Counted from the stretch's first letter, positions 39,240 to 53,915 are shown. The stretch: DNA of 64,000 bases from Eledone cirrhosa (GCA_964016885.1 OZ024759.1:15562001-15626000); one strand, 5' to 3'. A program made the numbers and translations. The notes: a model not told the origin generated them from the sequence alone.

Positions 39240-42200
39240 AGCGAGGGAATGAAGTGAGGGAAGGAGTGAGGGAAGGAGTGAGGGAAGGAGTGAGGGAAGG
39301 AGTGAGGAAAGGAGTGAGGGAAGGAGTGAGGGAAGGAGTGAGGGAATGAAGTGAGGGAATGAAGTGAGGGAATGAAGTGAGGGAATGAAGTGAGGGAATG
39401 AAGTGAGGGAATGAAGTGAGGGAATGAAGTGAGGGAATGAAGTGACGGAAGGAGTAGGGAATGAAGTGAGGGAATGAAGTGAGGGAATGAAGTGAGGGAA
39501 GGAATGAGGGAAGGAATGAGGGAATGAAATGAGGGAATGAAGTGAGGGAATGAAGTGAGGGAATGAAGTGAGGGAACGAAGTGAGGGAAGGAGTGAGGGA
39601 ATGAAGTGAGGGAAGGAATGAGGGAATGAAGTGAGGGAAGGAATGAGGGAATGAAGTGAGGGAAGGAAGTGAGGGAAGGAAGTGAGGGAAGGAAGTGAGG
39701 GAAGGAAGTGAGGGAATGAAGTGAGGGAATGAAGTGAGGGAATGAAGTGAGGGAAGTAGTGACGGAAGGGAGTGAGGGAAGGAGTGAGGGAATGGAGTGA
39801 GGGAAGGAGTGAGGGAATGGAGTGAGGGAATGGAGTGAGGGTATGGAGTGAGGGAGTAAAGTGAGGGAAGGAGTGAGGGAATGGAGTCAGGGAATGGAGT
39901 CAGGGAATGAAGTGAGGGAATGAAGTGAAGGAAGAAGTGAGGGAAGAAGCGAGGGACGGAAGTGAGGGAAGGAAGTGAGAGAAGGAAGTGAGGGAATGAA
40001 GTGAGGGAAGGAGTGAGGGAAGGAAGTGAGGGAAGGAGTGAGGGAAGGAAGTGAGGGAAGGAAGTGAGGGAATGAAGTGAGGGAATGAAGTGAGGGAATG
40101 AAGTGGGGAATGAAGAGGGGGAAGGAAGTGAGGGAATGACGTGAGGGAAGGAGTGAGGGAATGACGTGAGGGAAGGAGTGAGGGAATGAAGTGGGGGGAG
40201 GGGGACAGGTGAGGGAATGAAGTCAGGGAATGAAGAGAAGGAATGGAGTGAGGGAATGGAGTGAGGGAATGAAGTGATTATGGAGTGAGGGAATAAAGTG
40301 AGGGAAGGAGTGAGGGAATGAAGTGAGGGAAGGAAGTGAGGGAAGGAAGTGAGGGAAGGAGTGAGGGAATGAAGTGAGGGAAGAAGTGAGGGAAGTGAGG
40401 GAAGAAGTGAGGGAAGGAGTGAGGGGATGGAGTGAGGGAAGGAGTGAGGGGAAGGAGTGAGGGAATGAAGTGAGGGAATGGAGTGAGGGAATGAAGTGAG
40501 GGAATGAAGTGAGGGAATGAAGGGAGGGAATGAAGTGAGGGAATGAAGTGGCGGAATGAAGTGGGGGAATGAAGTGGGGGAATGAAGTGGGGGAAGGAGT
40601 GAGGGAATGAAGTGAGGGAAAAAGTGAGGTTAGGAGTGAGGGAATGAAGTGAGGGAAGGAGTGAGGGAATGGAGTGAGGGAATGAAGTGGGGGGAGTGAG
40701 TGAGGTGAGGGAATGAAGTGAGGGAATGAAGTGAGGGAAGGAGTGAGGGAATGAAGTGGGGGAAGGAGCGAGGGAAGGAGTGAGGGAAGGTGTGAGGGAA
40801 TGAAGTGGGGGAATGAATGGGGGAATGAAGTGAGGGAAAGAAGTGAGGGAAGGAGTAAGGGAGGGAGGGAGGGAGGGAGGGAGGAAGGGAAGGAGGGAAT
40901 GAAGTGAGGGAAGGAGTGAGGGAATGAAGTGAGGAAATGAAGTAGGGGAATGAAGTGAGGGAATGAAGTGAGGGAATGAAGTGAGGGAATGAAGTGAGGG
41001 TATAAAGTTAGGGAAGGAGTGAGGGGAGTGAGAGGGAATGAAGTGAGGAGAAGAAGTGAGGGAAGAAGTGAGGGAAGTGAGGGAAGAAGTGAGGGAAGGA
41101 GTGAGGGGAAGAAGTGAGGGAAGGAGTGAGGGGAAGAAGTGAGGGAAGGAGTGAGGGAATGAAGTGAGGGAATGAAGTGAGGGAATGAAGTGAGGGAATG
41201 AAGTGAGGGAATGAAGTGAGGGAATGAAGTGAGGGAAGGGAGTGAGGAATGAAGTGAGGGAATGAAGTGAGGGAATGAAGTGAGGGAATGAAGTGAGGGA
41301 ATGAAGTGGGGGAATGAAGTGGGGGAATGAAGTGGGGGAATGAAGTGGGGGATTGAAGTGGGGGAAGGAGTGAGGGAATGAAGTGAGGGAAGAAGTGAGG
41401 GAAGGAGTGAGGAATGAAGTGAGGGAATGAAGCGAGTGAATGAAGTGAGGGAAGGAGTGAGGGAATGAAGTGGGGGGAGTGAGTGAGGTGAGGGAATGAA
41501 GTCAGGGAATGAAGTGAGGGAAGGAGTGAGGGAATGAAGTGGGGGAAGGAGTGAGAGGAAGGAGTGAGGGAAGGTGTGAGGGAATGAAGTGGGGAATGAA
41601 GTGGGGGGATATGAAGTGAGGAATGAAGTGAGGGAAAGAAGTGAGGGAAATGAAGTGGGGGGAAGGAGTGAGGGAATGAAGTGAGGGAATGAAGTGAGGG
41701 AATGAAGTGAGGGAATGACGTGAGGGAAGGAGTGAGGGAATGACGTGAGGGAAGGTGTGAGGGAATGACGTGAGGGAAGGAGTGAGGGGAAGGAGGAAGG
41801 GAGGGAAGGAGGGTAGGGAGGGAGGGAGGGGGAAGGAGGGAGGGAGGGAGGGAGGGGGGAGGAGGGAGGGAGGGAGGGAAGGAGGGAATGAAGTGAGGGA
41901 ATGAAGTGAGGGGAATGAAGTGAGGGAATGAAGTGAGGGAATGAAGTGAGGGAATGAAATGAGGGAAGGAGTGAGGGAATGAAGTGAGGAAATGAAGTAG
42001 GGGAATGAAGTGGGGGAAGGAGTGAGGGAATGAAGTGAGGGAATGAAGTGAGGGAATGACGTGAGGGAAGGAGTGAGGGAATGACGTGAGGGAAGGAGTG
42101 AGGGAATGAAGTGGGGGAGGGGGGAGTGAAGTGAGGGAATGAAGTGAGGGAAGGAGTGAGGGAATGAAGTGGGGGAATGAAGTGAGGGAATGAAGTGAGG

Positions 42201-45200
42201 GAATGAAGTGAGGGAATGGAGTGAGGGAATGAAGTGGGGGAATGAAGTGGGGGAATGAAGTGGGGGAATGAAGTGGGGGAATGAAGTGAGGGAATGAAGT
42301 GAGGGAATGAAGTGAGGGAATGAAGTGAGGGAATGACGTGAGGGAAGGAGTGAGGGAAGGAGTGAGGGAAGGAGTGAGGGAATGAAGTGAGGGAAGGAGT
42401 GACGGGAATGAAGTGAGGGAAGGACGTGAAGGAATGAAGTGAGGAAATCAAATGAGAGGAAAATGAAGTGAGGGAATGAAGTGAGGGAACTGAAGTGAGG
42501 GAATGAAGTGATGGAATGAAGTGAGGGAATGAAGTGAGGGAAATGAAGTGAGGGAATGAAGTGAGGGAATGAAGTGAGGGAATGAAGTGAGGGGAATGAA
42601 GTGGGGGAATGAAGTGGGGGAATGAAGTGGGGGAATTGAAGTGGGGGAATGAGTGGTGGGGGAATGAAGTGGGGGAATGAAGTGATGAAGGGGTAAGGAG
42701 TGAGGGGAATGAAGTAGGGGAATGAAGTGGGGGAAGGAAGTGAGGGGAATGAAGTGAGGGAATGAAGTGAGGGGAATGAAGTGAGGGAATGAAGTGAGGG
42801 AATGAAGTGAGGGAAGGAGTGAGGGAAATGAAGTGACGGAAGAGTGAGGGAAGTGAGGGGAAGGAAGGTGAGGGAAGGAGTGAGGGAAGGATGAGGGAAG
42901 AGGTGAGGGAAGGCGTGAGGAATGAAGTGAGGGAATGAAGTGAGGGGAATGAAGTGAGGGAATGAAGTGAGGGAATGAAGTGAGGGAATGAAGTGAGGGA
43001 ATGAAGTGAGGGGAATGAAGTGGGGGAATGAAGTGGGGGAATGAAGTGGGGGAATGAAGTGGGGGAATGAAGTGGGGGAAGAAGGAGTGAGGGAATGAAG
43101 TGAGGGAAGGAGTGAGGGAATGATATGTGGGAAGGAGTGAGGGAATGAAGTGGGGGGGGAGTGAGTGAGGTGAGGGAGATGAAGTCAGGGAATGAAGTGA
43201 GGGAAGGAGTGAGGGAATGAAGTGGGGGAAGGAGTGAGGGGAAGGAGTGAGGGAATGAAGTGGGGGAATGAAGTGGGGGAATGAAGTGAGGGAATGAAGT
43301 GAGGGAATGAAGTGAGGGAAAGAAGTGAGGAATGAAGTGGGGGAAGGAGTGATGGAATGAAGTGAGGGAATGAAGTGAGGGAATGACGTGAGGGAAGGAG
43401 TGAGGGAAGGATGTAGAGGGAAGGAGTGAGAGAATTACGTGAGGGGAAGGAGTGAGGGAATGACGTGATGGAAGGAGTGAGGGAATGACGTGAGGGAAGG
43501 AGTGAGGGAAGGAGGGAGGGAGGGAGGGGGAGGGAGGGGGAAGGAGGGACGGAGGGGGAGGGAGGGAGGGGGAAGGAGGGAGGGAGGGAGGAAGGAAGTG
43601 AGGAAATGAAGTAGGGGAATGAAGTGGGGGAAGGAGGGAGGAATGAAGTGGGGGAAGGAGTGAGGGAATGAAGTGAGGGAATGAAGTGAGGGAATGACGT
43701 GAGGGAAGGAGTGAGGGAATGACGTGAGGGAAGGAGTGAGGGAATGACGTGAGGGAAGGAGTGAGGGAATGACGTGAGGGAATGACGTGAGGGAATGACG
43801 TGAGGGAAGGAGTGAGGGAATGAAGTGGGGGAATGAAGTGAGGGAATGAAGTGGGGGGAATGAAGTGAGGATGAAGTGAGGGAAAGAAGTGAGGGAATGA
43901 AGTGGGGGAAGGAGTGAGGGAATGAAGTGAGGGAATGAAGTGAGGGAATGAAGTGAGGGAATGACGTGAGGGAAGGAGTGAGGGAATGACGTGAGGGAAG
44001 GTGTGAGGGAATGACGTGAGGGAAGGAGTGAGGGAAGGAGGGAGGGAGGGAAGGAGGTAGGGAGGGGAGGGGGGGAGGAGGGAGGGAGGGAGGGGGGAAG
44101 GAGGGAGGGAGGGAGGGAAGGAGGGAATGAAGTGAGGGAATGAAGTGAGGGAATGAAGTGAGGGGAATGAAGTGAGGGAATGAAGTGAGGGAATGAAGTG
44201 AGGGAATGAAATGAGGGAAGGAGTGAGGGAATGAAGTGAGGAAATGAAGTAGGGGAATGAAGTGGGGGAAGGAGTGAGGGAATGAAGTGAGGGAATGACG
44301 TGAGGGAAGGAGTGAGGGAATGACGTGAGGGAAGGAGTGAGGGGAATGACGTGAGGGAAGGGAGTGAGGGAATGAAGTGGGGGGGGGTGAAGTGAGGAAT
44401 GAAGTGAGGGAAGGAGTGAGGGAATGAAGTGGGGGAATGAAGTGAGGGAATGAAGTGAGGGAATGAAGTGAGGGAATTAAGTGAGGGAATGAAGTGAGGG
44501 AATGGAGTGAGGGAATGAAGTGGGGGAATGAAGTGGGGGAATGAAGTGGGGGAATGAAGTGGGGGAATGAAGTGAGGGAATGAAGTGAGGGAATGAAGTG
44601 AGGGTATGAAGTGAGGGAATGACGTGAGGGAAGGAGTGAGGGAAGGAGTGAGGGAAGGAGTGAGGGAATGAAGTGAGGAGGAAGGAGTGAGGGAATGAAG
44701 TGAGGGAAGGAGTGAAGGAATGAAGTGAGGAAATCAAGTGAGGGAATGAAGTGAGGGAATGAAGTGAGGGAATGAAGTGAGGGAATGAAGTGAGGGAATG
44801 AAGTGAGGAAATGAAGTGAGGGAATGAAGTGAGGGAATGAAGTGAGGGAATGAAGTGAGGATTGAAGTGGCGGGAATGAAGTGGGGGGAATGAAAGTGGG
44901 GGAATGAATGTGGGGAATGAAGTGGGGGAATGAAGTGGGGGAATGAAGTGGGGTAAGGTGTGAGGGAATGAAGTAGGGGAATGAAGTGGGGGAAGGAGTG
45001 AGGGAATGAAGTGAGGGAATGAAGTGAGGGAATGAAGTGAGGGGAATGAAGTGAGGGAATGAAGTGAGGGAAGAAGTGAGGGAAGGAGTGAGGGAAGGAG
45101 TGAGGGGAAGAGGTGAGGGAAGGAGTGAGGGAATGAAGTGAGGGGAATGAAGTGAGGGAATGAAGTGAGGGAATGAAGTGAGGGAATGAAGTGAGGGAAT

Positions 45201-48200
45201 GAAGTGAGGAATGAAGGTGGGGAATGAAGTGGGGAATGAAGTGGGGGAATGAAGTGGGGATGAAGTGGGGAATGAAAGTGGGGGAATGAAGTGGGGGAAG
45301 GAGGTGAGGGGAATGAAGTGAGGGAAGGAGTGAGGGAATGATATGAGGGAAGGAGTGAGGGAATGAAAGTGGGGGGGGAGTGAGTGTGAGGTGAGGGAAT
45401 GAAGTCAGGGAATGAAGTGAGGGAAGGAGTGTAGGGAATGAAGTGGGGGAAGGAGTGAGGGAAGGAGTGAGGGAATGAAGTGGGGGGAATGAAGTGGGGG
45501 AATGAAGTGAGGGAATGAAGTGAGGGAATGAAGTGAGGGAAAAAGTGAGGGAATGAAGTGGGGGAAGGAGTGATGGAATGAAGGTGAGGGAATGAAGTGA
45601 GGGAATGACGTGGGGGAAGGATGTGAGGGAAGGAGTGAGGGAAGGATGTGAGGGAATTACGTGAGGGAAGGAGTGAGGGAATGACGTGATGGAAGGAGTG
45701 AGGGAATGACGTGAGGGAAGGAGTGAGGGAAGGAGGGAGGGAGGGGAGGGGGAGGGAGGGGGGAAGGAGGGAGGGGTCGGAAGGAGGGAGGGAGGGAAGG
45801 AAGTGAGGAAATGAAGTAGGGGAATGAAGTGGGGGAAGGAGGGTGGAATGAAGTGGGGGGAAGGTAGTGAGGGAATGAAGTGAGGGAATGAAGTGAGGGA
45901 ATGAAGTGAGGAATGAAGTGAGGGAATGACGTGAGGGAAGGAGTGAGGGAATGACGTGAGGGAAGGAGTGAGGAATGACCGTGAGGGAAGGAGTGAGGGG
46001 AATGACGTGAGGGAATGACGTGGAGGGAATGACGTGAGGGAAGGAGTGAGGGAATGAAGTGGGGGAATGAAGTGAGGGAATGAAGTGAGGGAATGAAGTG
46101 AGGCAATGAAGTGAGGCAATGAAGTGAGGGAAGTTAGTGAGGGAATGAAGTGGGGGAATGAAGTGGGGGAATGAAGTGTGGGAATGAAGTGAGGGAATGA
46201 AGTGAGGGGAATGAAAGTGAGGGAATGAAGTGGGGGGGAGTGAGTGAGGTGAGGGAATGAAGTCAGGGAATGAAGTGAGGGAAGAGGAGTGTGGGAAGGA
46301 GTGAGGGGAAGTGAGGGAAGGAGTGAGGAAATGAAGTGAGGGAATGAAGTGAGGGAATGAAGTGAGGGAATGAAGTGAGGAAGGAAGTGAGGGAATGAAG
46401 TGGGGGAATGAAGTGTGGGAATGAAGTGTGGGAATGAAGTGAGGGAATGAAGTGAGGGAATGAAGTGAGGGAATGACGTGAGGGAAGGAGTGAGGGAAGG
46501 AGTGAGGGAAGGAGTGAGGGAAGGAGTGAGGGAAAGAGTGAGGGAATGAAGTGAGGAAATGAAGTGAGGGAATGAAGTGAGGGAATGAAGTGAGGGAATG
46601 AAATGAGGGAATGAAAGTGAGGGAAGGAGTGAGGGAATGAAGTGGGGGAATGAAGTGGGGGAATGAAGTGAGGGAATGAAGTGAGGGAATGACGTGAGGG
46701 AAGGAGTGAGGGAAGGAGTGAGGGAAGGAAGTGAGGGAATGAAGTGAGGGAAAGAGTGAGGGAATGAAGTGAGGGAAGGAGGTGAAGGAATGAAGTGAGG
46801 GAATGAAGTGAGGGAATGAAGTGAGGGAATGAAGTGAGGGAATGAAGTGATGGAATGAAGTGAGGGAATGAAGTGAGGGAATGAAGTGAGGGAATGAAGT
46901 GGGGGGAATGAAGTGGGGGAAGGAGTGAGGGAATGAAGTGGGGGAATGAAGTGAGGGAATGAAGTGAGTGAATGAAGTGAGGGAAGGAGTAGAGTGAATG
47001 AAGTGAGGGAATGAAGTGAGGGAATGAAGTGAGGGAATGAAGTGAGGGAATGAAGTGAGGGAACGAAGTGAGGGAACGAAGTGAGGGAAGGAGTGAGGGA
47101 ACGAAGTGAGGGAAGGAGTGAGGGATTGAAGTGGGGGAAGGATGTGAGGGAAGGAAGTGAGGGAATGAAGTGAGGGAACGAAGTGAGGGAACGAAGTGAG
47201 GGAATGAAGTGAGGGAATGAAGTGGGGGAATGAAGTGGGGGAATGAAGTGGGGGAATGAAGTTGGGGAAGGCGTGAGGGAATGAAGTGAGGGAAGAAGTG
47301 AGGGAAGGAGTGAGGGAATGAAGTGAGGGAAGGAGTGAGGGAATGAAGTGGGGGGGAGTGAGGGAATGAAGTGGGGAAGGAGTGAGGGAAGGAAGTGAGG
47401 GAAGGAAGTGAAGGGAACGAAGTGAGGGAACGAAGTGAGGGAACGAAGTGAGGGAACGAAGTGAGGGAACGAAGTGGGGGAATGAAGTGTGGGAATGAAG
47501 TGGGGGAATGAAGTGGGGGAAAGAAGTTGGGGAAGGAAGTGAGGGAATGAAGTGAGGAAGAAGTGAGGGAAGGAGTGAGGGAAGGAGTGAGGGAATGAAG
47601 TGAGGGAAGGAGTGAGGGAATGAAGTGGGGGGGGAAGTGAGTGAGGTGAGGGAATGAAGTCAGGGAATGAAGTGAGGGAAGGAGTGAGGGAATGAAGTGG
47701 GGGAATGAAGTGAGGGGAATGAAGTGGGGGAATGAAGTGAGGGAATGAAGTGAGGGAAAGAAGTGAGGGAATGAAGTGAGGGAATGAAGTGAGGGAATGA
47801 AGTGAGGGAATGACGTGAGAGAAGGAGTGAGGGAATGACGTGAGGGAAGGAGTGAGGGAATGACGTGAGGGAAGGAGGGAGGTAGGGAAGAGGAGAGGGG
47901 AAGGAGGGAGGGAGGGAGGGAAGGAGGGAATGAAGTGAGGGAATGAAGTGAGGGAAGGAGTGAGGGAATGAGAGTGAGGAAATGAAGTATGGGGAATGAA
48001 GTGGGGGAAGGAGTGAGGGAATGAAGTGAGGGAATGAAGTGAGGGAATGAAGTGAGGGAATGACGTGAGGGAAGGAGTGAGGGAATGACGTGAGGGAAGG
48101 AGTGAGGGAATGACGTGAGGGAAGGAGTGAGGGAATGACGTGAGGGAAGGAGTGAGGGAATGAAGTGGGGGAGGGGGGGTTGAAGTGAGGGAATGAAGTG

Positions 48201-51060
48201 AGGGAAGGAGTGAGGGAATGAAGTGGGGGAATGAAGTGAGGGAATGAAGTGAGGGAATGAAGTGAGGGAATGAAGTGAGGGAATGAAGTGAGGGAAGGAG
48301 TGGGGGAATGAAGTGGGGGAATGAAGTGGGGGAATGAAGTGAGGGAATGAAGTGAGGGAATGACGTGAGGGAAGGAGTGAGGGAAGGAGTGAGGGAATGA
48401 AGTGAGGGAATGAAGTGATGGAAGGAGTGAGGGAATGAAGTGAGGGAATGACGTGAGGGAAGGAGTGAGGGAAGGAGTGAAGGAATGAAGTGAGGGGAAT
48501 GAAGTGAGGGAATGAAGTGAGGGAATGAAGTGAGGGAATGAAGTGAGGGAATGAAGTGGGGGAATGAAGTGGGGGAATGAAGTGGGGGAATGAAGTGGGG
48601 GAATGAAGTGAGGGAATGAAGTAGGGGAATGAAGTGGGGGAATGAAGTGAGGGAATGAAGTGAGGGTATGAAGTGAGGGGAAGGAGTGAGGGAATGAAGT
48701 GACGGAAGAAGTGAGGGAAGTGAGGGAAGAAGTCAGGGGAAGAAGTGAGGGAAGGGATGTGAGGGGAAGGAGTGAGGGGAAGAAGTGAGGGAGAATGAAG
48801 TGAGAGAATGAATTGAGGGAATGAAGTGAGAGAATGAAGTGAGGGAATGAAGTGAGGGAATGAAGTGAGGGAATGAAGTGAGGGAATGAAGTGAGGGAAT
48901 GAAGTGAGGGAAGGAGTGAGGGAATGAAGTGAGGGAATGAAGTGAGGGAATGAAGTGAGGGAATGAAGTGAGGGAATGAAGTGAGGGAATGAAGTGAGGG
49001 AATGAAGTGGGGAATGAAGTGGGGGAATGAAGTGGGGGGAATGAAGTGGGGGAATGAAGTGGGGGGAATGAAGTGGGGGAATAAAGTGAGGGAAGAAGTG
49101 AGGGAAGGAGTGAGGGAAGGTGTGAGGGAATGTGTGAGGGAATGAAGTGGGGGAATGAAGTGAGGGAATGAAGTGAGGGAATGAAGTGAGGGAAACAAGT
49201 GAGGGGAATGAAGTTGGGGAAGGAGTGAGGGAACTGAAGTGAGGGAATGAAGTGAGGGAATGACGTGAGGGAAGGAAGTGAGGGAATGACGTGAGGGAAG
49301 GAGTGAGGGAAAGGTGGGGGGAGGGAGGGAAGGGGGGGAAGGAGGGAGGGAGGGAGGGAATGAAGTGAGGGAATGAAGTGAGGGAAGGAGTGAGGGGAAT
49401 GAAGTGAGGAAATGAAGTAGGGGAATGAGTGGGGGAAGGAGTGAGGGAATGAAGTGGGGGAAGGAGTGAGGGAATGAAGTGAGGGAATGACGTGAGGGAA
49501 GGAGTGAGGGAATGACGTGAGGGAAGGAGTGAGGGAATGAAGTGAGGGAAGGAGTGAGGGAATGGAAGTGGGGGATGGGGGGGAGTGAAGGTGAGGGAGA
49601 ATGAAGTGAGGGAATGAAGTGAGGGAATGAAGTGAGGGAATGAAGTGAGGGAATGAAGTGAGGGAATGAAGTGAGGGAATGAAGTGAGGGAATGAAGTGG
49701 GGGAATGAAGTGGGGGAATGAAGTGGGGGAATGAAGTTCGGGGGAGGGAGGGAGTGAGGTGAGGGAATGAAGTCAGGGAATGAAGTGAGTGAAGGGAGTG
49801 AGGGAATGAAGTGGGGGAAGGAGTGAGGGAAGGAAGTGAGGGAAGGTGTGAGGGAATGAAGTGGGGGAATGAAGTAGGGGAATGAAGTGGCGGAATGAAG
49901 TGGGGGAATGAAGTGGCGGAATGAAGTGGGGGAATGAAGTGGGGAAATGAAGTGAGGGAATGAAGTGAGGGAAGGAGTGAGGGAATGAAGTGAGGAAATG
50001 AAGTGAGGGAGGGAGGGAGGGATGGAGGGGGGGAGGGAGGGAGGGGGGAGGGGGGAGTGAGGGAGTGAGGGAGGGAGGGAAGGAGTGAGGGAATGAAGTG
50101 AGGGAATGAAGTGAGGGAAGGAGTGATGGAAGGAGTGAGGGAATGAAGTGAGGGAATGAAGTGAGGGAATGAAGTGAGGGAATGAAGTGAGGGAATGAAG
50201 TGAGGGAATGAAGTGAGGGAATGAAGTGAGGGAATGAAGTGAGGGAATGAAGTGAGGGAATGAAGTGAGGGAATGAAGTGAGGGAAAGAGTGAGGGAATG
50301 AAGTGATGGGAAGGAGTGAGGGAATGAAGTGAGGGAATGAAGTGAGGGAATGAAGTGGGGGAATGAAGTGGGGGAATGAAGTGAGGGAAGGAGTGAGGGA
50401 ATGAAGTGGGGGGAGGGAATGAAGTGGGGGGAGGGAGGGAGTGAGGTGAGGGAATGAAGTGGGGGGAGGGACGGTGAGGGAATGAAGTCAGGGAAGGTGC
50501 GAGGGAAGGAGCGAGGGAAGGAGCGAGGGAAATGAAGTGAGGGAATGAAGTGAGGGAATGAAGTGAGGGAATGAAGTGAGGGAATGAAGTGAGGGAATGA
50601 AGTGAGGGAATGAAGTGAGGGAATGAAGTGAGGGAATGAAGTGAGGGAATGAAGTGAGGGAATGAAGTGAGGGAATGAAGTGAGGGAATGAAGTGAGCAA
50701 ATGAAGTGAGGGAAGGAGTGAGGGAATGAAGTGAGGGAAGGAGTGAGGGAATGAAGTGAGGGAAGGAGTGAGGGAATGAAGTGAGGGAAGGAGTGAGGGA
50801 ATGAAGTGAGGGAAGGAGTGAGGGAATAAAGTGAGGCAAGGAGTGAGGGAATGAAGTGAGGGAATGAAGTGAGGGAATGAAGTGAGGGAATGAAGTGATG
50901 GAATGAAGTGATGGAATGAAGTGATGGAATGAAGTGAGGGAATGAAGTGAGGGAATGAAGTGAGGGAATGAAGTGATGGAATGAAGTGAGGGAATGAAGT
51001 GAGGGAATGAAGTGAGGGAATGAAGTGGGGGAAGGAGTGAGGGGAGGAAGTGGGAGAAGG
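39240..51060. repeat. ~12-kb purine-rich satellite (GAGGGAATGAAGT 13-mer / GAGGGAAGGAGT 12-mer)
   Basis: Direct reading. Variant monomers recur with ~2.2-2.3 kb periodicity. Confidence 0.98.
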
Positions 51061-51240
51061 AGTGAGGGGAGGAAGTGGGGGAGGAGTGAGTGAGACGTGG
51101 GGGAGGAGTGAGTGAGACGTGGAGAGAGTGAACGTTTTACTTTTGAAACGCATAAGAACTGCGAAACCGGTAAAAGAACCAGATAAATATTCTTAAAAAG
51201 ACTCCAGGTGCATTTTCCATTTCATATTTTTTCCTTATAT

Positions 51241-51277
<37 letters not shown>

Positions 51278-51286
<9 letters not shown>

Positions 51287-51660
51287 TTCAAAATATTAGT
51301 AATCAAAGGTACTGTGCTGTTTTTTTCAGTAAGTCCTCGTCAGATAAAATATATAAATTGATGCGTTACATACCTCAACTGTGCTGATGGTTCAATTCTA
51401 GTCTTGGCCGTAGAAGACTGGAATTGAACCATCAGACATCAATTTATGTCACACATCAATTTATATATTTTATCTGATGAGGACGTACTGAAAAAACAGC
51501 AGAGTACCTCCGAAATATATTTTGATTACGTTGAATGTCTATATTTATTAATATTTTGAATTAATATTAATAACTGCAGAAAACTATACTATTGAGTGCT
51601 TCTAATCTATTGTAAAACTGTATTAATTGATTAATCAATGAACCTTGTTTAACTTTTGGT
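51278..51660. mobile_element. Family E inverted pair with hammerhead and inner hairpin
   Basis: CTGACGA on the minus strand at 51337-51343. CTGATGA GGA c GTAC...GTAC c TCC GAAA on the plus strand at 51474-51515. Inner hairpin at 51384-51435. Confidence 0.8.
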
Positions 51661-51697
51661 TATATATATATATATATATACATACATACATACATAC

Positions 51698-51926
<229 letters not shown>

Positions 51927-51955
51927 GCTGGATAGACCGGTGTTAAATGATGCTG

Positions 51956-52001
<46 letters not shown>

Positions 52002-52530
52002 CTGGATAGACCGGTGTTAAATGATGCTGGTGTATATATATATATATATTATATACTTGCTTTGTGGTGTGTATGTATAATTTTCCAAATCTGCCTAAAG
52101 AAAGAAAGAAACAAAAACGGAAATACCATTCTTGCAACCTACATATCCAACGTTGGAACTAAAACCTTCTAGACGTTATTGATATTTCAAATGATATTCC
52201 ATCCCCAATCGTTATTCTTTCCTATTGAAAGACATCTTCACTTTCTTCTGCTTTTCAGAATGTTTATATGTGCATGCATATATATATATATATATACACA
52301 CACACACGATCTACTATATCCCACTACATACGTATTTATATACATTCTTCTATACATATACAAAAGCATATACTTTAATGTCTATATATACACACACACA
52401 CACATATATACTTACACAAACTTACATATTTATATATATATGTATATATATGTCTCTATATATATATGTCTATATATATGTCAATGTATATATATATATA
52501 TATATATATATGTCTATTTATATGTCAATG

Positions 52531-52562
<32 letters not shown>

Positions 52563-52569
52563 ATATATA

Positions 52570-53501
52570 CTAGCAGCAGTACCCAGCATTGCCTGGGTAG
52601 GTTAGATAATATCTGATTTGATGAATAAGGTGTTGATCTTAGCGATTGCTTCTCGATGACTCATCTATGGCCACACACAGACCATGTAGGGGAGGGTGGT
52701 GATGACCGCTATCACTGAGAAACGCGGGTGACTGACGAAGGGGCACGCTGGGGGAGGGAGGTAATGACCTCTAACACTAAGTCAAATTTCCTCACGCTAC
52801 TTGATTGGAAACCGATGAATTCTCAAATACACAACTCAGACGACGTCAGTGGCCACGGTTTTGCCTTTGACCATTTATAAGATGTGCAATGATGGGTTCT
52901 ATCGTAGTATAAATGTTGAAGCAAATAAATTGATTTATGTGTGAGGTGGAGCCGAAGTTTCGAATTTGAACGAAATCGGTTTAAAAGTGTGGAAACTAAT
53001 GATAGCTCGCCGTCCCTGAACAAAAAATGCAAAGTGTAAAGCTACTATAAGATGTACAATGATAGGTTCTATCGTAGTATAAAAGTTGAACCAAATAAAT
53101 TGATTTATGTGTGAGGTGGAGCCGAAGTTTCGAAATTGAACGAAATCGGTTGAAAAATGTGGGAGCTAGAGACGAAAAGGCGGAAATTTGAGCAAAAAAT
53201 AGTGTTTTCGAATATTTAAGCGGCTGCCACGCCGTTCCTGAACAAAAATTTCAAAATATAAAGCCATTACAGGATGTGCAAGGATAAATTTTATTTTGCT
53301 TTAAAATATGAACGAAATCGGTGGCAAAATTGTGGGAGCTAGAGCCAAAAATCCTATTTTTCGATACCTAAAAAAAAGTGACCCCCCCGCCTCCCTATCG
53401 ATCTTTATCTACAGAATGACACCTGAATAAAAGGACGATACGCTGATACATGGAAAACACTCCCCGATGACAAATCTATGAGCCCGAGATATATATATAG
53501 A
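52570..53501 (-). mobile_element. Non-autonomous Helitron
   Basis: Minus strand starts TCtatatata and ends with the hairpin acccaggcaatgctgggt, then CTAG. Inserted between A and T with no TSD. Internal ~180-bp repeats (gaacgaaatcggt at ~52968, 53138 and 53310). Confidence 0.85.
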
Positions 53502-53872
53502 TAGATAGATAGATATAGACATATATAAGTATATATATTATATATATATATATTGTATCTCTCTTAATTTATCTATCTACCTCTCCCTCCCTTATATTGA
53601 TATTTCCTAGTGATGTCTCAGGAAAGACATAATGGCGTTTATCAATATGACTTCTTTATGCCACGCCATTTTTTTTAAAGTACACGCACATTGATATATA
53701 TACATATGTGGATATATATATATACAAATATGTATATACACATAAATATATACATATGTGGATATATACAAATATGTATATACACATATAAACATATACA
53801 TATATACATACATATATATATATACATACATATAAATATATATATATATAAAAACACACCTACACACACATA

Positions 53873-53915
<43 letters not shown>

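Noticed and set aside
47660-50839. 1059-aa ORF, plus the 742-aa and 461-aa ORFs at 40.2-46.1 kb
   Set aside because: Translation of the pyrimidine strand of the satellite, whose monomers lack stop codons. The frame cycles with the 13-mer.
39240-51060. Telomeric repeat array
   Set aside because: The monomer is not TTAGGG-type, and the array is internal with ordinary flanks on both sides.
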